A stretch of DNA of 64,000 nt from Syntrophales bacterium (GTDB lineage: Bacteria; Desulfobacterota; Syntrophia; Syntrophales; PHBD01), in the NCBI GenBank assembly GCA_963668175.1, contig OY764159.1, positions 1,216,001-1,280,000 of the forward strand. Reading direction: 5' to 3'. The notes beneath the pieces were generated by a model. That model did not search any database. It worked only from the letters and a program-made list of their open reading frames with translations, and was not told the DNA's origin. This document shows positions 29,708 to 38,737 of this stretch, piece after piece (the first letter of the stretch is position 1; each line of letters opens with the position of its first letter). The translations under genes and the position numbers were made by a program.

Positions 29708-30919
29708 TCATTTTCTTCTTTTTTCCGGCTTCTTCTTTATAAGATCGGCAAAGGACCCCATCGATGCCGGGGCTTTATTGACATACGCCCGGTAATCGTC
29801 CGCCGGTTCTTTTGACGGCTTTTCCGTTTCTGCTTCCACGTCGGCCGCCGCCGGGGACAGGGATATTTTCCGTTGCCCCTTGTCCACCGAATCGACTTTC
29901 ACTTCGATGGCATCCCCTTCCTTCACGACGTCGCGGGGATGTTGGATACGCTTGCCGCGGCCGAGCTTGGAGATATGGACCAGTCCATCCACCCCAGGCC
30001 CGAGATTGACAAAGGCGCCGAAGGCCGCCAGGCGGACGACGGTTCCCGTATGGAGCGTGCCTTCCGGATACTTTGCCAGCGCTTCTTCCCATGGGTCGGC
30101 CAGCGTTTCTTTCAGAGAGAGGCTGATGCGGTTCTTTTCCCAGTCCAGACGTGTTATGGCTACGTCCATGGTTTGTCCCACGGCCAGACGTTCATGGATG
30201 TCCTCCACGCGCTCCCAGCCGATCTCCGATATGGGCAGGAGCCCCTGGATACCTCCTATGTCCATGAATGCGCCGAAGGGCTTGATGGATGCCACTGTTC
30301 CTTTGACGACCATGCCCTCTTTCAGGCTCGCCTTCAGGGCCTCCTCATCCTTCTTGCGCTGTTCTTCCAGAAGGACCCTGGCGGACAGGATGATATTGCG
30401 CCCCTGTTCTCCGTACTGGGTGATTCGGAAGGTAATACGCCGCCCTATATAGCCCTGAGAATTCTCTATTCTCTGAAGGGCCATCTGAGAAAAGGGACAG
30501 AAACCCCGCATAGCCCCGGCCAGTTTGACCTCGAACCCTCCCTTGACTTCCTTTTCCACCAGACCTTCGATCGGGACGCCGTTCTGCCACACCTCTTCCA
30601 GGTGTTTGCGGGCGGAATCTCCGGCGCCTATCTTGGTCGTGAAAAGTTTTTCGTTGTGTTTCGAGGAGAGGAAGTAGGCCGTGATGGTATCGCCTTCCTT
30701 GACCTGGAGGTTGCCGTCGTCGTCGGTCAGTTCCTTCCTGTCGAGATAACCCTCGTTCTTGCCGCCCAGATCGATGAATATCCAGTCGTTGGCAATCTTG
30801 ACGACGGTGGCTTCAATCTTCTGCCCCGGTTTCAGATAATCCTTCTTGATTGCCGTTTTTGCAAACAGTTCGGCGAATGTAAGCTCTTCATCCAATGTGT
30901 CTTTTTCATCTGCTGACAT
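29708..30919 (-). CDS. rpsA: 30S ribosomal protein S1, short four-domain form
   Basis: Four S1 repeats (FIDLG, GGFEV, FGAFMDIG, FGAFVNLG); 403 aa. Confidence 0.8.
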   Translation of the reverse strand: MSADEKDTLDEELTFAELFAKTAIKKDYLKPGQKIEATVVKIANDWIFIDLGGKNEGYLDRKELTDDDGNLQVKEGDTITAYFLSSKHNEKLFTTKIGAGDSARKHLEEVWQNGVPIEGLVEKEVKGGFEVKLAGAMRGFCPFSQMALQRIENSQGYIGRRITFRITQYGEQGRNIILSARVLLEEQRKKDEEALKASLKEGMVVKGTVASIKPFGAFMDIGGIQGLLPISEIGWERVEDIHERLAVGQTMDVAITRLDWEKNRISLSLKETLADPWEEALAKYPEGTLHTGTVVRLAAFGAFVNLGPGVDGLVHISKLGRGKRIQHPRDVVKEGDAIEVKVDSVDKGQRKISLSPAAADVEAETEKPSKEPADDYRAYVNKAPASMGSFADLIKKKPEKRRK

Positions 30920-31291
30920 GTATGGCTGTCCTTATGTAAAATTATTGTCGTACCTGTGAATGTGGCCGCTATGGCCTTCCTTGACCGAATATGCCGCCAC
31001 TGCCCGAAGGGACTTCCAGGCCGTAACTCCATAATCTTGTTTGAGATGGAATAGCTTTAAGATGCACCCGGATCGGTCATGGATGATATTGTTTCCTGCC
31101 TATCATTACTCGAAATATTTCGCAACCGTCTTTCCCGTTTCGCCGGTTAACGCCTTTCGTCATATCCCCGGATGGAATCCGCCGATTCTGCACGTGTGGC
31201 ATTAAGTCTGGAAAACGCCTTGCTTCCCGCCCATGTCCTTCATCCCGAAAAGCAGGGAATGTTGTCCGTTTTTGTCCGGCTACCGCCTGCC

Positions 31292-31323
31292 AAAAAGGGG
31301 CAAACTGGAAGCAGTTGGCCCCT
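31292..31323 (-). terminator. Intrinsic terminator after tRNA-Gln
   Basis: Minus strand AGGGGCCAACTG-CTTC-CAGTTTGCCCCT followed by a T tract. Confidence 0.75.
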
Positions 31324-31333
31324 CTGTTTTGCA

Positions 31334-31407
31334 TGGCTGGGAGAGAGGGATTCGAACCCCCATTCACGGAGTCAGAGTCCGTTGTCCTACCATTGAACGA
31401 TCTCCCA
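31334..31407 (-). tRNA. tRNA-Gln(CTG)
   Basis: TGGGAGATCGTTCAATGGTAGGACAACGGACTCTGACTCCGTGAATGGGGGTTCGAATCCCTCTCTCCCAGCCA; anticodon arm ACGGA-CTCTGAC-TCCGT; CCA end. Confidence 0.95.
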
Positions 31408-31519
31408 ACAATTTACGGCTACGGATGCTGCGTTCATAACATTAACGGTTGCCGTTATCAACAGAAAAATGGCCGTCCCGTTCCGGAATCCCTCAGCCGC
31501 ATCGGCCGGGCGTTTCCGG

Positions 31520-32608
31520 CTAGATTCCCCGGTCCAGCCAGCGTTTCAGGCCGGTCGACTCTTCATTGTCCCAGCGGGGGGAGAGGCGGACCTTCATGAA
31601 GGCCTCAAAGAGTTCCACCATGGTTTCGATGGCCGTCTCCAGCAGGTAGATTCTTTCCATGATAAGCCCGTCCCGGTCCTGTTCGTTGTCATCCGGCTCG
31701 GGCATAACGGGGAGCTTCAGCGACTGAAACTGGAAACGGTCCGCCTTGAAGGTGAATTCCCACTGGTTGCTGTCCCGCTCCAGCTTGATCCGGGCCTCCT
31801 TGATCTTCTTGCCGCGGCGCAGGGCCTCTTTCCCTTCGCTAAGCCCCGCGTGGAGTCCCTGACAGACGACCGTCTCGGAATACTCGCCTTCGCCCGATTC
31901 GAGGACGATGCGGCGGATGAACTCGACGGCGACGTCGCCCCGGCCGGGAATCAGGACCGAACCGTTTCTCTCTTCGCTCTTGAACCACAACCAGGTAAGA
32001 AAATCCCTGCCGATGACCAGGGGATCGAACTGGGCGATGTCGTCGGGGGCGATCGTTCCGGCGAAACGGGGGTCCCAGGGCGTATAGAGGGCCGGGATCT
32101 GGTCGAAGGACTCCTTGAAATGCTCGGCGAAGTCGTCCATAATCTTTTCCGACAGGGAGCAGAGGAGGAGCCTGCCGTCCGTAGGCGACCAACAGGCCTC
32201 GAAGAAAGAAGGCACCGGGGAAGCGGAACTTAAGAGGTCGCGGCGGATGCGCTCGCGTATCTCTTCCCTCTGGAGGCGGTGGATTTTTTTCTTCTCCTGG
32301 CTGGCCAGGTAGTTCCTCTCGGCCTCCATGCACCTTATTTTCAGGAGACTGGGCGGAATGACTTTCCTGTCGATCCGCAGGCTGAACAGGAGATATTTTC
32401 CCCAGGCGTAACGGGCGAACTGGAAATCCGCATCCAGGATGTTCTCGATGCCGGTCCAGCCCATGGCCTTTTCCTCCATCATGCTGGCAAAGACATTCTG
32501 GAAGGCGTGCTTCTTGATCCGCTGGTCGAAAAATTCATTAAATTTTTCGGGCAGGTCGGAAGACGTGCGGTATTGTGAAAATGTCAGCGTGCCTTTCAAT
32601 AAACCCAT
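31520..32608 (-). CDS. rdgC: Recombination-associated protein RdgC-like
   Basis: AMGW, LRIDRKVIP, GRDFLTWLWF, EALRRGKKI. Confidence 0.7.
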   Translation of the reverse strand: MGLLKGTLTFSQYRTSSDLPEKFNEFFDQRIKKHAFQNVFASMMEEKAMGWTGIENILDADFQFARYAWGKYLLFSLRIDRKVIPPSLLKIRCMEAERNYLASQEKKKIHRLQREEIRERIRRDLLSSASPVPSFFEACWSPTDGRLLLCSLSEKIMDDFAEHFKESFDQIPALYTPWDPRFAGTIAPDDIAQFDPLVIGRDFLTWLWFKSEERNGSVLIPGRGDVAVEFIRRIVLESGEGEYSETVVCQGLHAGLSEGKEALRRGKKIKEARIKLERDSNQWEFTFKADRFQFQSLKLPVMPEPDDNEQDRDGLIMERIYLLETAIETMVELFEAFMKVRLSPRWDNEESTGLKRWLDRGI

Positions 32609-32709
32609 GGATGGTACCCTCCTCGGAATGAGGGAGCGACCTTAGCGCATCTCCATGAAAATTGTCAAGCCGTCACCCTTCCGCAAGGTATTCATCACGA
32701 TTTCCTTCA

Positions 32710-32738
32710 TAGACACCCCCTCGTTTTTATGGTAGAAA
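32710..32738 (+). promoter_or_regulatory. Putative promoter of the nadK-recN operon
   Basis: TAGACA-N17-TAGAAA with extended -10 TG. Confidence 0.45.
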
Positions 32739-32767
32739 CGCGCGATTGTATTTCGGAGTCAGGCGGG

Positions 32768-33646
32768 ATGATAAAAAAAATCGGGATAGTGGCCAACATC
32801 GACAAGGAAAAAGCCCTGGAACTGACCTTGCGCCTCAAACAATGGGCGGAGGGGAAGGGCGTCGACGTCTATCTGGAGGCGAAGATCGCCGGCCGGCTCG
32901 GAGAAACGGAAGGGCTGGACAGAAAGACGCTGGCAGGGCTCGTCGATCTGCTCGTCGTCCTGGGCGGCGACGGAACGATGCTGCGCACCGCCAGGGCGGT
33001 AAGGGAGACGGATGTCCCGATCGTCGGCATCAACCTGGGGGGGTTCGGGTACCTCACGGAGGTCAACGTGAACGAGGTGGACGAGGCCCTGGAAATGATC
33101 ATGGCGGGCCGTTACGAGACGGAAAAGCGGATGATGCTGGATGTTGCGATTACCCGCAACGACGGCGGCCAATCGCGTGAGCGCACGGTCCTCAACGACG
33201 TCGTTATCAACCGCGGCAATCTTTCGCGGATCGTCGAGCTGGAGACTTTCGTCGACGGACATTATCTGGCCACCTTCAAGGCGGACGGGCTCATTCTCTC
33301 CACGCCGACCGGTTCCACGGCCTATTCCTTGTCGGCGGGAGGACCGATCGTCTTTCCCCAACAGGATTCGATCATCATCAATCCCATCTGTCCCCATACG
33401 CTGACAAACCGGCCGATCATCCTGCCGGAGAACGCCGAGGTCAAGATCGTCCTCTGGACGAAGGAGATGGGGGCCACGGTCAACATGGACGGCCAGGCGT
33501 CGTTCATCCTGGCGTCCGGCGATACCGTCATCGTCAGGAAGTCGAGGTACATCACCACACTTGTCTCATCGCCCCACCGGGACTACATGGAGATCCTGAG
33601 GACCAAACTGGGTTGGGGCGGTTTTCCCACCGGAAACGGGCAATAG
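32768..33646 (+). CDS. nadK: NAD kinase
   Basis: GGDGT, LND, TPTGSTAYSLSAGG. Confidence 0.95.
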   Translation: MIKKIGIVANIDKEKALELTLRLKQWAEGKGVDVYLEAKIAGRLGETEGLDRKTLAGLVDLLVVLGGDGTMLRTARAVRETDVPIVGINLGGFGYLTEVNVNEVDEALEMIMAGRYETEKRMMLDVAITRNDGGQSRERTVLNDVVINRGNLSRIVELETFVDGHYLATFKADGLILSTPTGSTAYSLSAGGPIVFPQQDSIIINPICPHTLTNRPIILPENAEVKIVLWTKEMGATVNMDGQASFILASGDTVIVRKSRYITTLVSSPHRDYMEILRTKLGWGGFPTGNGQ

Positions 33647-33682
33647 ACCGCGGGCTTTTATCCCCATGCCGGAGGAGGCCGG

Positions 33683-35368
33683 GTGCTTACTGATCTCTAT
33701 ATAAAGAATTTCGCCATTATCGATGAACTGACCGTTTCCTTTAAGGAAGGCTTGAACGTCCTTTCCGGCGAGACGGGTGCGGGGAAATCGATCATCATCG
33801 GGGCCGTCAGCCTTATCCTGGGGGATCGGGCATCAAGCGACATGATCCGGTCCGACGAGGACAGCGCTACGGTGGAGGCGCTCTTCGACATCGGCGGTAA
33901 TGACGGCCTGAAGGATATGCTCGCCGGTATGGGGGGATTTACGGGCGACGATCTGGTCGTCAAGCGGGTCGTTTCCCGCGGCGGCAAGAACAGGGTCTAT
34001 ATCAACGGCAGCATCGCCAACCTGGGTGCCCTGGCGGCGATCGGCGGGCCTTTGATCAATATCTGTAGCCAGCACGAGCATCAACTCATCCTCGATCAGG
34101 AATACCATATCGATATCCTTGATGAATTCGGCGGATTGCTCCCCTTGCGACGCGAGTATGAGGCGCTCTATAACGAGGTCCGGGCGCTTGAGGCAAGAAG
34201 AGACAAACTGGAAACCATGAGCCGTACAAAATCCGAGCGCGAGGAGCTTCTGCTGTTCCAGGTCCGGGAAATCGAGGCGGCCTCGCTCGCCGCGGGTGAA
34301 GAGGAGGCCCTGGCCGACGAGAAGAAGGTTCTCGGCAACGTCCAGAAACTCATGGACCATGCGGGACGGGCCTATGAAACGCTATACGGGAAGGAAGGGG
34401 CGGCCCTGCAAGAACTGAAGGACGTCCTTGCCCATATCCGGGAGATCAAAAAGATCGACGAGGGGCTGACCGTAGGAGAAAAAGACGTGGAAGGCCTCTA
34501 TTTTCAACTGGAAGACGTGGCCATGGTCCTCCGGGATTATGCGAACCGTCTATTCTTCGACCCGGACCGGCTTGAGGCCATCGGGGCGAGGCAGGACCTC
34601 ATCGGCAGGCTGAAAAGGAAATACGGGCCGGATATCCCGGCCATCCTGGAGAAGAAAAGGGAACTGGACCGGGAATTGAACGGTATCGCCGACGCCGGGG
34701 AAGAGCTTAAGTCCGTCGCCGGCGAACTGGAAGACCGGATGCAGAAGCTGCGGGAGGCTGCAGCCGTTCTTTCCGGCAAGAGGCAGAAGGCGGCCAAGGC
34801 GCTTGCCGCCGCGATCGAGAAAGAGATCCACGTCCTGCGGATGGGGGATGCCCGCTTCGCCGTTGTCTTCGGCCGGGCGGAAGACGGCGGGGAGATGCCC
34901 TTCCATGCTAAGGGGACAGATCAGGTGGCGTTCTATCTCTCGACGAACGTCGGGGAGAACCTGAAACCACTCAACCGGATCGCCTCAGGCGGCGAACTCT
35001 CCCGGATCGTGCTTGCCATGAAGAAAGTCCTGGCCGGCGTCGGCGCCGTGGGGACGATTATCTTCGATGAGGTGGACAGCGGTATCGGCGGTGCGACGGC
35101 CCAGGTCGTCGGCGAAAAGATCAGGGACGTGGCGGCCCATCACCAGGTCCTGTGCATCACGCACCTGCCGCAGATCGCCTCCTTTGCCGACAGGCACTAC
35201 CGTGTCTCGAAGGAGGTGTCGGGCAACAGGACGACCACATCGGTGGCCGTATTGAACGAAGAAGAACGGCTGGAAGAGATCGCCAGGATGCTGGGCGGCG
35301 TAGAGGTCACGGAAACAACCCGGAAGCACGCCCGCGAAATGCTGGCCCGGTCCCGGCGAAAAGGATAA
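33683..35368 (+). CDS. recN: DNA repair protein RecN
   Basis: GETGAGKS, ASGGE, IFDEVD, ITHLPQ. Confidence 0.95.
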   Translation: MLTDLYIKNFAIIDELTVSFKEGLNVLSGETGAGKSIIIGAVSLILGDRASSDMIRSDEDSATVEALFDIGGNDGLKDMLAGMGGFTGDDLVVKRVVSRGGKNRVYINGSIANLGALAAIGGPLINICSQHEHQLILDQEYHIDILDEFGGLLPLRREYEALYNEVRALEARRDKLETMSRTKSEREELLLFQVREIEAASLAAGEEEALADEKKVLGNVQKLMDHAGRAYETLYGKEGAALQELKDVLAHIREIKKIDEGLTVGEKDVEGLYFQLEDVAMVLRDYANRLFFDPDRLEAIGARQDLIGRLKRKYGPDIPAILEKKRELDRELNGIADAGEELKSVAGELEDRMQKLREAAAVLSGKRQKAAKALAAAIEKEIHVLRMGDARFAVVFGRAEDGGEMPFHAKGTDQVAFYLSTNVGENLKPLNRIASGGELSRIVLAMKKVLAGVGAVGTIIFDEVDSGIGGATAQVVGEKIRDVAAHHQVLCITHLPQIASFADRHYRVSKEVSGNRTTTSVAVLNEEERLEEIARMLGGVEVTETTRKHAREMLARSRRKG

Positions 35369-35423
35369 GCATTCTGAATTCCAGCCGCGTGCTGAAGATA
35401 ATAGAAGACGGGGAGGGTGAAAC

Positions 35424-35882
35424 ATGCTGCGTAAGGCCCGGATCGGGGACGTGAAGACGATCCACAGGATGATCAACATTTCGGCAGGGAAGGGTGAGAT
35501 GCTGCCCCGCTCCCTGATGGATATCTACGGCAGCCTGCGGGATTTCTTCATTTATTACGATGACGACGAAGAGCAGATTATCGGCGTTTGCGCCATGAAT
35601 ATCATCTGGGAGAATCTGGCCGAGGTCCGGTCGCTTTATGTCGTGGACGAGAGGCGCCGCAGCGGCGTCGGCAGAAATCTCGTCGAGGCGTGCATCTCCG
35701 AGGCGATCACCCTCGAGCTCTTCCGCATATTCACGCTGACCTATAAGGACAAATTCTTCGAACGCCTGGGATTCAAGGCCGTGGACCGTTCCGTCCTTTC
35801 GGAGAAGATCTGGTCGGACTGTTTCCGCTGCTCCAAGTATCCGGACTACTGCGACGAAGTGGCGATGATCATCGAGCTCTGA
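35424..35882 (+). CDS. argA: GNAT N-acetyltransferase, short N-acetylglutamate synthase type
   Basis: MLPRS, LAEVRSL, FTLT, KIWSDCFRC...C. Confidence 0.7.
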   Translation: MLRKARIGDVKTIHRMINISAGKGEMLPRSLMDIYGSLRDFFIYYDDDEEQIIGVCAMNIIWENLAEVRSLYVVDERRRSGVGRNLVEACISEAITLELFRIFTLTYKDKFFERLGFKAVDRSVLSEKIWSDCFRCSKYPDYCDEVAMIIEL

Positions 35883-35889
35883 CAACCCT

Positions 35890-37041
35890 ATGAAAGCCCT
35901 ATTCCTGATTGCCGCCCTTCTCTTCCTTTCCCTGGCCGGATGCGCCGTGAGGGACGTTCAGCCGGTCAAAGGGCCGGAGGCGGGGGCGCTCGTGCAACTG
36001 TCCGGCGGGGACATTCCCGTGCTTGCCGACGACCTGGACGCCGAGTCCCTCGATACCGCCATCGCCCGGAGTCTGGAATACCTGGATAAGCGGAAAGCCG
36101 CGGGCTTCAGCGCAGGCGATTGCGACTATACGGCGGCGGATGTCCGTGAGGGCCTCCTCGGCTTCCGGGAGATCGTCCGCACATCCGCCACGGCCGAAGA
36201 CAGGATCAAGAGGATACGCGACGGTTTTGACGTCTATAAGGCCTCAGGCTCGGACGGAAAGGGGGCGGTCCTTTTCACCGGTTATTACGAACCGGTTCTG
36301 AACGGCTCCCTGGAGGCGACGGACCGGTATCGGTATCCCATCTACCGGGCTCCTACAGATCTGCCGGCGAACGGAACGGCGGCGCCCTATATCAGCCGCC
36401 GGGAAATAGACGGCGGTCAGGCCCTGGCCGGCCGGGGCCTGGAAATCGCCTGGGTGGACGATCCCGTGGCCCTTTTCTCCCTTCACATCCAGGGTTCGGG
36501 GAGGATCAGACTTCCCGACGGCAGGATGCTGCAGGTGAGTTTTGCCCGTTCCAACAACCGTCCCTTCCGCGGCATCGGCAGATATATGGTTGAGAAAGGC
36601 ATCATTACGCCGCAGGATTTGTCCGACCGGTCGATCAGGAAATATCTCCGGGAGCATCCCGACGAGCAGGCCGACATCTTTTTTTACAACGAGCGTTATA
36701 TCTTTTTTCGCATCGTCGGCAACGGTCCCGTAGGCGCCCTCGGCGTGACCGTCACCGGCGGGCGGACGATCGCCGTCGATCCCGTGATCTACCCGCAGGC
36801 GGGGCTCGCGTTTATACGGCTGCGGAAGCCCGTCTTGAACAAGGAAAACGGGCGAAACGACTGGGTCCCGTTCTCGAGATTCGTTCTGGCCCAGGATGTC
36901 GGGGCGGCCATCAAGGGGCCGGGCCGGATCGATCTTTTCTGCGGAGGCGGCGACGAAGCGGAACTGGTCGCCGGAAGCCTCAAGGAGAAGGGCGAGCTCT
37001 ATTTCCTCGTGAAGAAGAAAGCCGGCTGCGGGCCGCAATAG
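35890..37041 (+). CDS. mltA: Membrane-bound lytic murein transglycosylase A (lipoprotein)
   Basis: Lipobox LAGC; TGYYEP, IQGSG, AVDP, QDVGAAIKG, RIDLF. Confidence 0.9.
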   Translation: MKALFLIAALLFLSLAGCAVRDVQPVKGPEAGALVQLSGGDIPVLADDLDAESLDTAIARSLEYLDKRKAAGFSAGDCDYTAADVREGLLGFREIVRTSATAEDRIKRIRDGFDVYKASGSDGKGAVLFTGYYEPVLNGSLEATDRYRYPIYRAPTDLPANGTAAPYISRREIDGGQALAGRGLEIAWVDDPVALFSLHIQGSGRIRLPDGRMLQVSFARSNNRPFRGIGRYMVEKGIITPQDLSDRSIRKYLREHPDEQADIFFYNERYIFFRIVGNGPVGALGVTVTGGRTIAVDPVIYPQAGLAFIRLRKPVLNKENGRNDWVPFSRFVLAQDVGAAIKGPGRIDLFCGGGDEAELVAGSLKEKGELYFLVKKKAGCGPQ

Positions 37042-37055
37042 GAGGCTTGCGGGCC

Positions 37056-37084
37056 TTGACATTGACTGCCGCATAAAAGATAAT
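37056..37084 (+). promoter_or_regulatory. Sigma70 promoter
   Basis: TTGACA-N17-GATAAT. Confidence 0.6.
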
Positions 37085-37139
37085 AAAACAGCGTCATGGT
37101 AATGCTTTCGAAAAGCCGTAGCAACTTCGGGAGGTGCAT

Positions 37140-37865
37140 ATGAAACGAACCCTTGTTGCCCTGATCTTCTTCACGGTATGGATGTCCCCTCATCTCTCTT
37201 CCGCGGATATGCTTGACGATCTCTTCAATACGGTCACAAAGAGCCCCGCGCAGAGTTCCCTCGACGATAAGACGGTGGTCTCCGGCCTTAAGGAAGCGCT
37301 CTCCACGGGAACGAACGCAGCCGTCCGGCTGGTATCGCGGGAGAACGGATACTTCGGCAACGAAACGATCAAAATTCTTCTCCCCGAGAAGATACAGACA
37401 ATCGGGGAAGTCCTCCGGAAGGCCGGGTTCGGCAAGGACGTGGACGCCTTTGAGCTGGCCATGAACCGGGCGGCGGAAAAGGCGGCGCCCAAGGCGAAGC
37501 CCGTTTTTCTGGACGCCATCAAGGGAATGACTTTTCAGGATGCCAAGAAGATCCTGAGCGGCGGCGATACGGCGGCCACGGACTATTTCCAGGAAAAGAC
37601 CTCCGATCGTCTCGCTACGGCATTCAAACCGGTCATCTCCCAGAGCATGAACGACGTCGGCGCCGCCCGGGCCTATAAGGCGATGACGGAAAAGTACGTC
37701 TCCCTGATCCCCTTCGGAGGTGCGGAATCCCTGGACCTGGACCACTACGTGACCGGCAAGGCGCTGGACGGTCTTTTCCGCATGGTCGGTGAGGAGGAGA
37801 AGAAGATCAGGACCAATCCCGCCGCGAGGACAACGGAACTCCTTAAGAAAGTCTTCGGGAAATGA
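37140..37865 (+). CDS. DUF4197 family exported protein
   Basis: Signal peptide; GLKEAL, MNRAAE, ALDGLF, EEKKIR, RTTELLKKVF. Confidence 0.85.
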   Translation: MKRTLVALIFFTVWMSPHLSSADMLDDLFNTVTKSPAQSSLDDKTVVSGLKEALSTGTNAAVRLVSRENGYFGNETIKILLPEKIQTIGEVLRKAGFGKDVDAFELAMNRAAEKAAPKAKPVFLDAIKGMTFQDAKKILSGGDTAATDYFQEKTSDRLATAFKPVISQSMNDVGAARAYKAMTEKYVSLIPFGGAESLDLDHYVTGKALDGLFRMVGEEEKKIRTNPAARTTELLKKVFGK

Positions 37866-38105
37866 CCGGCACCGGCCATCTTCCCGTTTAGCCGATATAT
37901 TAAGAATGTTTAGAACGGACGGACATCAGACCCGGCGATAACCGCTGGAGCTTGCTTTCCAGACCTGTATGACGAGGAGTGGAGAAAAGACGGACGGATT
38001 TGCCGACCTGCTTTCAGCGGTCGGTTGCGGTTCGTATCGATTCAGTCGGGGACTTCCGGATAATGCCGGCGGTCCATCATACCAAACGCCTGGGAGGAGG
38101 AGAAG

Positions 38106-38684
38106 ATGATGAAAAAAACCGTTTCCGTGATGATCGTTCTATGGATGGTTTTCGCCGTGGCTTCCGCGCTGTATGCGGGACCTTCCGAGCAGCGCATCGA
38201 AAAGCAGATCCATGAGCTGCAGGCCCGGATCGACGAAGGGGTGCGGTCCGGCTCCTTGACGCCGGCGGAGAGGGGCAAACTGCAATCCCGCCTTGATAAG
38301 ATCAGAGACCATTTCGAGAAGGCACGGGCCAAGCGATACGGCCTCGGCGACGGCGAGGTAAAGACCATCGATGCCAAGCTCGATGCCCTGCGGAGGGACG
38401 TCTATAAGGAAAAACACGACGTGCAGACGACCCGTTCCAATGAGCAGATCAGGCACAGGATCGACGAACTGCAGAGACGGATCGAGGCGGGCAGCAGGGA
38501 CGGATCGCTTACCGGCTCCGAAGCGAGAAGCCTTCAGCATCGGCTGGATAACGTTCGCAACCAGTATGAACAGGCCCAGAGCGGGTCCATGAGCGACCAG
38601 AGAATAAAGTCCGTCGAACACAATCTCGACCGGATCAGCCAGGACATCAACAAGGAAAGGCACGACCGTCAGCGGGCCCGCTGA
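38106..38684 (+). CDS. Exported helical protein with two ~80-aa repeats
   Basis: Signal peptide; two RI(D/E)xGxxxGSLTxxE ... KE(K/R)HD units; GGAGG RBS. Confidence 0.7.
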   Translation: MMKKTVSVMIVLWMVFAVASALYAGPSEQRIEKQIHELQARIDEGVRSGSLTPAERGKLQSRLDKIRDHFEKARAKRYGLGDGEVKTIDAKLDALRRDVYKEKHDVQTTRSNEQIRHRIDELQRRIEAGSRDGSLTGSEARSLQHRLDNVRNQYEQAQSGSMSDQRIKSVEHNLDRISQDINKERHDRQRAR

Positions 38685-38737
38685 TCGGTAAAGGATGCCC
38701 GCAGGCCAAGCCCCGGCAAGGGCTCGACCGCCCGCGA

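Noticed and set aside
30920..31407. Integrative element at the tRNA-Gln 3' end (likewise tRNA-Met)
   Set aside because: No integrase and no duplicated tRNA 3' end noticed; each tRNA is followed directly by a terminator
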